DNA from: a virus | DNA: 64,000 bases | Direction: 5' to 3' (one strand) | IMG/VR virus record: IMGVR_UViG_3300028909_000018 | Span: 43,555 to 107,554 of that record | Part shown: positions 57,067-64,000 of the stretch, one piece after another | Numbering within the stretch: the first letter of the stretch is position 1 | Layout of the letters: each line of letters starts with the position of its first letter | Position numbers and translations under genes: made by a program | Notes under the pieces: generated by a model | Database searches by the model: none | The model's input: only the letters and a program-made list of their open reading frames with translations | Told to the model about the DNA's origin: nothing

Positions 57067-58001
57067 ACAATATTTATTATATTTATTACAGAGTCTTTGC
57101 TTCCTGAAAGAAATCATCCATACATTTCTCTAAATTTTTGGAAACCATTTCGAAAATATTCTCAAAGACTTCTTCATGAAGACTTCCTCGTAACGATTGA
57201 GAAGGAAATTCACGGTGCTTTCCGTCCCGGCGTTGATGTAGTAACGCTTCTTCATAAGCATGTGAGTGAAATCATTATCTGGAAGAATCAGACAATATCC
57301 CTTGCCCTCATTATAATCCACTCCAATCCAGTTTTCAAGCTTCAAAAACTCGTTGATGACAGAAATTCTACCCATCACACGCGTGATGATCATGCTGTTA
57401 TTGCTCATAACCCAATTCCTTTATGTCATCCCCAAATTCGTTCTTGCCGAGAATCCTATACTTCTTTTTGTATTTTGTCAATGACCATGGATATCTTTCT
57501 TTTTCGACATTTCTAAAAACAATCGGCTGATACCAAGGACCGGGAGAATTTTTATATTCCTCATCGGTCAGACGAGGAAAATTTCTGATATAACATGCCT
57601 CTAGCATATCACACGATCCACCATGAGTTGTAAATTCGTACGTGGAGCAGCCTAGAATCTTTGCCGCCGACTTCATGCTCTTGGCGATAGCGGCGTGATG
57701 CTGGTTTCCGTCATGAGTCCAATAAAATTTTAAGGTCATTTGGAAATCCTTTCATTCAGTTGCAATTCCATAATATCATAAATTATCGGTTCGACCTTTG
57801 CCGGATATGGAACAGCATCACGATGTTCAATCCAATACAAATATTCTGTGTTGAATTTATCAATATCATTCATATTTATATTTTGTAAAGACTTCACAAT
57901 CTGCGCGGCGACATCCCGATCAATAAAGGCAACCTCGCAAGTATATGGCTTCATCTCTGAAAAATAATCACTGACCGTGGCGGTGATGACGTAGATGGTT
58001 T

Positions 58002-58496
58002 TCAATTTAGAACTCCCAATTGCCACAATGCCTCAAGGGACTGAGCGGCAGACTTATGAACGATATAGATTCCACCAGCCCTTTCCCAAAGGTGTTTGTA
58101 AACAGTTCTATCATCCACCAGAACGTCACCCGGCAGAAGATATTCAGACTTACGCTTTGCCTGACATGGGATAACAATCTGGGACTTGCCGAAGTGTTTC
58201 AGTCCCCAATCGATCTTCTGACTTCGATGAGCCTCCACGGCCTTCGGTACACCTGTCAGGATGATGGGTCGATACTTCTTGACGACATCATACAAATCCA
58301 TGGCGTCTTCCATCAGTGGCAAGTCGGAAAAGAAGGTTGGATTGGAGTTGATCCGTTTCCAGAATTCATCCGATCCGCGTGTCTTTTCAAAAACCTCCGG
58401 GGATAGACCATCCATCAGGGGAATAGCCGCCTTGTCAAAGTCGGCCAGAACCCCATCCATATCCAAGAAAATTCTATTAAAACGATGATCAAACAA
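58002..58496 (-). CDS. HAD-family 5'(3')-deoxyribonucleotidase-like protein
   Basis: FLDMDGVLADF, ILT, K..W, LVDD. Confidence 0.88.
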   Translation of the reverse strand: MFDHRFNRIFLDMDGVLADFDKAAIPLMDGLSPEVFEKTRGSDEFWKRINSNPTFFSDLPLMEDAMDLYDVVKKYRPIILTGVPKAVEAHRSQKIDWGLKHFGKSQIVIPCQAKRKSEYLLPGDVLVDDRTVYKHLWERAGGIYIVHKSAAQSLEALWQLGVLN

Positions 58497-58833
58497 TTTT
58501 TGTCCATTCCACTTTTGAACCTTCCACACTTTGATAGTCGGAGACGATTTTACAAATCGAGGCGCGACTAGCAATCGGCGTATCTTTAATAAACTCCAAC
58601 GCCTCGGCCTCGGTGTTGAAGGTCTTTGGTTGGCCGAAGGCGATGACAAACCTTTCTTCACCCTCAAGCTTAAATCTATGGCCGTAATAGAATTGTTCAC
58701 ATTTATGATGATCATCATAAACAAGAACGGAACCTATTTCCGATCTTATTATATAGTATTTCTTACCGACTGTAAGTGGAAGTGTATTATTATCGTTGTC
58801 GATACAAACGACTTTATCACCAGCATTAAACAT
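58489..58833 (-). CDS. SH3-like paralog-family protein
   Basis: F.AGDKVVCIDN...LT.GK.Y...Y..RFKL. Confidence 0.6.
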   Translation of the reverse strand: MFNAGDKVVCIDNDNNTLPLTVGKKYYIIRSEIGSVLVYDDHHKCEQFYYGHRFKLEGEERFVIAFGQPKTFNTEAEALEFIKDTPIASRASICKIVSDYQSVEGSKVEWTKIV

Positions 58834-59251
58834 TTACTTCCTCCCAAACCGGAACCGGAACATTCTTCTTCAAAACCTTGACCCTCTTATAGATGGTGGC
58901 GTAGTCAACATTCCGATGACCATTCTTGATAAATTCCTCCGCTGCCTCAATTGAGGGAAAAGTAAGAATGTTACCATAACTATAATTAACATAGAATTCT
59001 TCCTTCACTTCCTCAGTCTTAAAATCAATCATTGTATTGTTCCTTTCCACTTCCTTCACTTCCTCATGAAGTTTAAATCTATCGGAGAAATATCCGGCAA
59101 TTTGCAGTTCTTCATTCAACAGATGAAGAATGATGTCATCGGAGTTAAATACCGTCGATTTGAGAACCTTATATTTCTTACCAAGTTCAAGTGAAGAACA
59201 ACAATCAACGTTGATACATTTAACTATATCACCAGCCTTAAAATTAATCAT
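58826..59251 (-). CDS. SH3-like paralog-family protein
   Basis: FKAGDIVKCIN...L.LGKKY.V...F..RFKL. Confidence 0.6.
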   Translation of the reverse strand: MINFKAGDIVKCINVDCCSSLELGKKYKVLKSTVFNSDDIILHLLNEELQIAGYFSDRFKLHEEVKEVERNNTMIDFKTEEVKEEFYVNYSYGNILTFPSIEAAEEFIKNGHRNVDYATIYKRVKVLKKNVPVPVWEEVNV

Positions 59252-59610
59252 TATATTGTTCCTTTCATGTAAATACCAACGTAAAATTCGACGCCAGACG
59301 CATTATCATAATGTACATGGAGAAAGTGTTGACCCTCGTCGCAATCTATATAGAGTGAGCCGTCATATCCCCAATTCTTCAGCTTCATGTCATCAATCTT
59401 GACCACCTTTTCAGACCATGGCCTCATGCAATCGAAATCATGATCGACAATTACGACAGACCCCTCCACAACTTCCGAAACCAAGGCATAGGGACGACCA
59501 TACGTATCTACAGCACTATCAGCCATGATAAATTCTCCTTCATTTGAAATTCAAAATACCATTCTAAAACACCCCTGTCAAGCGAAATAAATATATAAAA
59601 GAGGAATTCC

Positions 59611-60135
59611 ATGACCGTCCTATCCGAAAATCCTATCTCACTGAATTTACAATCAGAACTGAATTTCAAGTTCGTGCTCAGACGAGCCCCCGCGACGGAA
59701 TATTGGTGTCAGACTTTCAAGGTGCCGAACATCACCCTGCCACCTTCTAGGGTGCCTAGCCCGTCCCTGAGAGTGCCTATGCAGGGTGATCACCTAGTGT
59801 TTGAAGACCTTACGCTGACATTCAAGATCGATGACCAATTTCAGAACTGGCTCGAAATGCACAACTGGATGACGGGAATCGGCAATCCCAACAACACCGG
59901 AAATAATTACACCCAGCTAGAATCCAACCCAAATTACCTTGGTTATGGTCTTTATTCGGACCTACAACTATTCGTCATGGATTCACAACATCAGGCAACA
60001 CTTGTTTTCAACTTTGAAAGATGTTCTCCTATCTTTTTATCGGGTCCACAGTTCGTGACCAAGGATGGAACAGTGAATTATATGGATTCAACTGTTAACT
60101 TTTCTTACTTGAAGTATCATATTTCTCTTCCTTAA
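59611..60135 (+). CDS. 3: tail completion / sheath stabiliser gp3
   Basis: F.F...R.P..E..CQ...P.I.L, GD.L.FE.L...F.ID....N..E.HNW..G; AATAAATA upstream; synteny 3-uvsY-uvsW-55. Confidence 0.85.
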   Translation: MTVLSENPISLNLQSELNFKFVLRRAPATEYWCQTFKVPNITLPPSRVPSPSLRVPMQGDHLVFEDLTLTFKIDDQFQNWLEMHNWMTGIGNPNNTGNNYTQLESNPNYLGYGLYSDLQLFVMDSQHQATLVFNFERCSPIFLSGPQFVTKDGTVNYMDSTVNFSYLKYHISLP

Positions 60136-60179
60136 TCCTAGATTTGTGATATAATATCTGATCATTATAAGGAGAAACT

Positions 60180-60614
60180 ATGACATTAGATGAAATACTG
60201 GATCATTGGGATTCGGATGTCGGCACCAATGAGTTGGCGCTGGACGAGGACTCACTTAAAATCCCCAAGCTTCATGCAAAATATCTACGTTTCTACGCCA
60301 AGGAAAATCTTCAGCTTGCAATGGAGCAGGCCGAATATAAGACCTACCGGCAGGCGAAGAATGACTTCTTGGTATATGGCGTCGATTCCGCCGAGGAAGC
60401 CAAGCTATGGACCCTACCGCCCAAGGGAAAGATTCTAAAGAGTGAAATTGAAGGTTTCCTCGACGCCGATCCTGACATCATTAAGAAGTCCTTGCGGGTA
60501 TCTTATCAGCGGGAGAAGGTTAATACCTTAAAATCCATCATCGACATGATAAATAACAGGAGTTATCAGATCAACTCGGCAATTTCGTTCAAACGTTGGG
60601 CTTCGGGAAATTGA
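60180..60614 (+). CDS. uvsY: recombination mediator UvsY
   Basis: W..D...L..DSLKIPKLHAKY...I.NRSYQI..AI. Confidence 0.9.
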   Translation: MTLDEILDHWDSDVGTNELALDEDSLKIPKLHAKYLRFYAKENLQLAMEQAEYKTYRQAKNDFLVYGVDSAEEAKLWTLPPKGKILKSEIEGFLDADPDIIKKSLRVSYQREKVNTLKSIIDMINNRSYQINSAISFKRWASGN

Positions 60615-62041
60615 TAACAATTAGAAAAGTCAATGAAGTCTACTGCCAAATTCTGGCCGAGACTTCTATCAGAAGAGAAATTAATGAAAGGTTTCGTTAC
60701 CGTCCCAAGAATTACCAGTTCGATCCATCCTATCGGAAGAGACGATGGAACGGCTGGATTAACTTCTTCAACATCATGGACAACACATTCTTCAACGGTC
60801 TTCTCCCTGATCTGGCAAAGTTCCTGATAGAAAATAATTATGAGTTTGAAATTAAGGGAAACTATGCAGCGGAAGAATTTTCCGAGCATGAGGCGCTAGA
60901 ATTCATCAAGACGCTGAATCTCCCTGAAAAGTATCAGGTCAGAGATTATCAATTAAAATATTTCATCAAGGGTGTCAGAAACTACAGAATGATCGGTCTT
61001 AGCCCAACCTCTTCAGGGAAGTCCCTCATCATGTATCTTTTTTACAGATATTTTAACCGCCGAACCCTGATCATCGTGCCGACCACGGCTCTGGTGAATC
61101 AGATATTCAACGACTTCAGAGACTACGGATATCAGGGATCGGCCCATCTGATTATGGAAGGAGAAGGACGGGAGACAAACGAGAAGCTGATCATCTCCAC
61201 CTACCAGTCGATCTATGACGAGGATAAAGCATGGTTTGACGACAAGGAAGTGATCATTGCCGATGAGGTACACACCTTCCAAGCCAAGACGCTGACCAAG
61301 ATGATGAAGAAGACGACCAAGACCAAGGTTCGGATTGGCGTCACCGGAACTCTTCAGGAAGATGAATTATCCATCATGTCCATCAAGGCCTCGTTTGGAC
61401 CCATCTATAAATTCATCTCGACCAAGGATTTAATAGATAGAGGATTCTCGGCTCCGGTCTTCTTCAAGATTTTGAAGCTGAAACATCTTAACTCCTTATA
61501 TAGGGAGAATCAGATGAAAATCAACTACCAAGATGAAATAAATTATATTCTGAATTCAGAAGAACGAACCCGGTTCATTAAAAACCTCGCCATCTCCCTA
61601 ACCGGCAACACCTTCATCATGTTCAGAATGAAGGATCATGGGCGGCGCATGTATGAGGAAATTCTCAAGGAAGCTACCATTCCCGTATTTTACATAGATG
61701 GTGGCAACAGTGCGGATGAGAGATTAAAATTAATTAATCATATTGAAACCTTGGAGAACTCCATCACGGTTTGTAGCACTGTCTTCTCGACCGGGATTAA
61801 CATCAAGAAGTTGAACAATTTAATTTTTCCCCACCCCTCCAAATCCAGAATTAGAACTCTTCAATCCGTTGGGCGAGGCCTTAGAATGAATCCGGGGAAG
61901 AAAGATTTAACCGTCTTCGATATTTCAGATGACCTCATAGAAAAATTACAGAATACAACTCTGCTCCACATGCTGGAAAGACGCAGAATGTACACCGAAG
62001 AAGAATTTCCCTTCAAAGAATACACCATCAATCTGAAGTGA
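60596..62041 (+). CDS. uvsW: UvsW SF2 helicase
   Basis: RDYQ, SPTSSGKS, DEVH, G.TGT, FSTGINIK, LQS.GRGLR; start may be TTG 60611. Confidence 0.93.
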   Translation: MGFGKLITIRKVNEVYCQILAETSIRREINERFRYRPKNYQFDPSYRKRRWNGWINFFNIMDNTFFNGLLPDLAKFLIENNYEFEIKGNYAAEEFSEHEALEFIKTLNLPEKYQVRDYQLKYFIKGVRNYRMIGLSPTSSGKSLIMYLFYRYFNRRTLIIVPTTALVNQIFNDFRDYGYQGSAHLIMEGEGRETNEKLIISTYQSIYDEDKAWFDDKEVIIADEVHTFQAKTLTKMMKKTTKTKVRIGVTGTLQEDELSIMSIKASFGPIYKFISTKDLIDRGFSAPVFFKILKLKHLNSLYRENQMKINYQDEINYILNSEERTRFIKNLAISLTGNTFIMFRMKDHGRRMYEEILKEATIPVFYIDGGNSADERLKLINHIETLENSITVCSTVFSTGINIKKLNNLIFPHPSKSRIRTLQSVGRGLRMNPGKKDLTVFDISDDLIEKLQNTTLLHMLERRRMYTEEEFPFKEYTINLK

Positions 62042-62067
62042 AATTGCCCCTTTTATGCCACTATTAG

Positions 62068-62213
62068 TTACATTAAGGTAACATTAAGGATCACTAGGGA
62101 CATTATAAAACCTTAAAGAATTACTGTTCCTTAAAGTACATTAAGGTAGTCGCGTTTGTTAATGTTCCTCCCCATATTATAGTTGGGTAAAGTACATGAG
62201 GAACCTTAAGGTT
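62068..62213. repeat. ACATTAAGG / CCTTAA direct and inverted short repeats
   Basis: three ACATTAAGG copies plus three CCTTAA in an AT-rich intergenic stretch. Confidence 0.55.
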
Positions 62214-62295
62214 TGGTTGGGAGAAACTAAGAGTTTAATTATAGCGCCGAAAATTTGGCCTGTCAAGCGAAAAATTCATATTTCTAAAAAAAAGT

Positions 62296-62323
62296 TTGAC
62301 ATCCATGAAAAACATAGTATAAT
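62296..62323 (+). promoter_or_regulatory. consensus sigma70 promoter for gene 55
   Basis: TTGACA-N16-TATAAT. Confidence 0.75.
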
Positions 62324-62357
62324 CAGGCCAACGACAAAAAGAAGAAAAGGAAAAAAG

Positions 62358-62957
62358 TTGAAAATCGAAGAAAAACGTGGTAGTATCGTAAGGAAGCCTA
62401 AATCTACGAAGAATTATATCAACGGTCCCGACTTCTATCGAAGTCTCGTCGCATATAATGAGGCTCTCGATGCGGCTGGAGACGGACCTAGGCCCATAAT
62501 TCCAAAATACATTGGAGAGTGTATTATCAAGCTGGCCACCAATCTCTCCAATAAATTTAATTTTACGAATTATTCCTTCAAGGAGGAAATGGTTCTGGAT
62601 GCCATCGAGAAGATGATCGAGAAGGTCGAAAAATTTGATGTTAATTATAACAAGGAAAATCCGAATCCCTTCGCATACTTCTCACAGACAGCGTGGAATG
62701 TCTTCCTCCAACGCATCGCCAAGGAGAAGAAGGAACAGTACATCAAACACAAAAATTTTGAAAGAAGTTTTATGAATGAATTTGGCGGCGACGAGATGTT
62801 TGATGCTTTCAATAACGACGATCACAATAAGGTGATCAATGAATTTGAGGCCGTCAAGTCCAAAGAAAATAATTATGCAACACACAAAAACCTCGATTAT
62901 TCTAAAAATCGTAAAAAACATAATGAAAACAAAGACTTAAAGGAAAATATACTTTAA
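62358..62957 (+). CDS. 55: late sigma factor gp55
   Basis: YIN...F, YIGEC..K.A..LS...NF.NY....EM..D, NPFAYF.Q......RI.KEKK. Confidence 0.93.
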   Translation: MKIEEKRGSIVRKPKSTKNYINGPDFYRSLVAYNEALDAAGDGPRPIIPKYIGECIIKLATNLSNKFNFTNYSFKEEMVLDAIEKMIEKVEKFDVNYNKENPNPFAYFSQTAWNVFLQRIAKEKKEQYIKHKNFERSFMNEFGGDEMFDAFNNDDHNKVINEFEAVKSKENNYATHKNLDYSKNRKKHNENKDLKENIL

Positions 62958-63258
62958 ATATCACACTATACACTTTGAAGAAGAAGGTAGAAAATGTCAA
63001 GCTTTAATGAATTAATTGAATGGTTGGACCACTGGAAAGAAACTCATGGGGTCGATTATGAGGATTATCATATCTATGCTCTCCAAACTTGTTATTATCT
63101 TCAGGAGAAGTACGGCCATGAAAATATTGATATCAAATTCGATGAAGAGACTGGTTTGGGAGCAATATATTACAAACCTAAAGAGCATATTGAATACATA
63201 AGTTTAGAAGCTATTATTACTCCTGCTGGAGTAGAATTTAAAGAAAAGGAAGAAAACG

Positions 63259-63465
63259 ATGAACCACGAACAACTTAACTTAGTACCAGAAATCATTTTC
63301 AATCTGGTGGACAAATTCAAGGCGGCGACGCGCGAGAACGAGATGTACAACATGCAGCTTCGCCTTGAGGCCTGTCGTGACTATCTAAACGAGGCCCTTG
63401 CCAAGAAGAAGAAGCCCGACGTGTTCACACGCAAGGACTATCTCAACAAAGTAGGAAAGAGATAA
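63259..63465 (+). CDS. hypothetical protein
   Basis: RLE..RDY motif; lies between 55 and 47. Confidence 0.6.
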   Translation: MNHEQLNLVPEIIFNLVDKFKAATRENEMYNMQLRLEACRDYLNEALAKKKKPDVFTRKDYLNKVGKR

Positions 63466-63468
63466 CAC

Positions 63469-64000
63469 TTGACTAAAATTCTCCTGATGGCCGATACTCA
63501 TGCGGGGTGCCGTAACGATAACGTCGCCTTCTATGAGTATCAGAAGAAATTTTATGATAACGTCCTGTTTCCTTTTATCGACAAATTTCAAATCCAGCAT
63601 GTAATTCATCTGGGTGATCTTGTCGATAACCGCCGACAGCTAAATATTCAGACGGCGAAGCGCCTCCGAGAGGATTTTCTGGAGCCGATGGCCATCCGCT
63701 CTCAGTTTCGTGGTCTGAATTTTCATATCATTCTGGGCAACCATGATACATACTTTAAAAACACCAACGCCGTCAACTCCCTTTCGGAGATTTTGAACCC
63801 CGAATATAAATTTTTTGTATATAAGGAGCCGACGAATGTCGTCATCGAAGGAACCGAGTTCCTGATGCTGCCATGGATGGCCACGGCCAATCGCGACAAT
63901 GATCTGGAAGCTATCAAGAATTCAAAGGCAAAATACTGCATGGCCCACTTGGAACTTAAGGGTTTCGAACAAACAAAGGGAATTTTAGCAAGACATGGTG
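63469..64000 (+). CDS. 47: recombination endonuclease subunit gp47 (Mre11-like), truncated by the window end
   Basis: ADTH.G.R, HLGDLVDNR, GNHDTY.K, PW, HLEL.GF; TTG start. Confidence 0.92.
   Translation, partial: MTKILLMADTHAGCRNDNVAFYEYQKKFYDNVLFPFIDKFQIQHVIHLGDLVDNRRQLNIQTAKRLREDFLEPMAIRSQFRGLNFHIILGNHDTYFKNTNAVNSLSEILNPEYKFFVYKEPTNVVIEGTEFLMLPWMATANRDNDLEAIKNSKAKYCMAHLELKGFEQTKGILARHG

Noticed and set aside
1-64000. Genome-wide TAG or TGA reassignment
   Set aside because: Long conserved genes are uninterrupted in code 11, and both TAG and TGA terminate conserved genes at expected positions.

Overview
This window is a 64-kb piece of a large T4-like myovirus genome; the host is probably an alphaproteobacterium (inference). 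It carries much of the T4-type replication, recombination and transcription core: dda, regA, 62/44/45, 41, 61, 32, 33, uvsY, uvsW, 55 and the start of 47. Nucleotide and NAD metabolism genes include Tmk, ThyX, an intein-bearing class II RNR, dCMP deaminase, MazG-like, NUDIX, HAD, NadR and PnuC, and there are two RNA ligases. Late and structural genes (gp5-OB, gp2, gp54-like, gp26/gp51, gp3, likely internal proteins, spanins, holins) are scattered, and most of those inspected sit behind a (T/A/G)ATAAATA late-promoter motif. About 14 tRNA genes are present, many non-canonical. The most striking feature is a compact translation-control module at 53.4-54.4 kb: an amber-suppressor tRNA(CUA), then a 26-codon leader ORF with an in-frame UAG and an anti-Shine-Dalgarno, then a Pth2-like peptidyl-tRNA hydrolase gene. 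Other highlights are a ~295-nt structured ncRNA candidate, a probable -1 frameshift joining gp26 and gp51, apparent ATC/ACG start codons for gp41 and Tmk, a UGA-interrupted permuted NlpC/P60 gene, and two stand-alone fragments of the tail-sheath C-terminal domain. All family calls are from motif recognition by eye; no searches were run.
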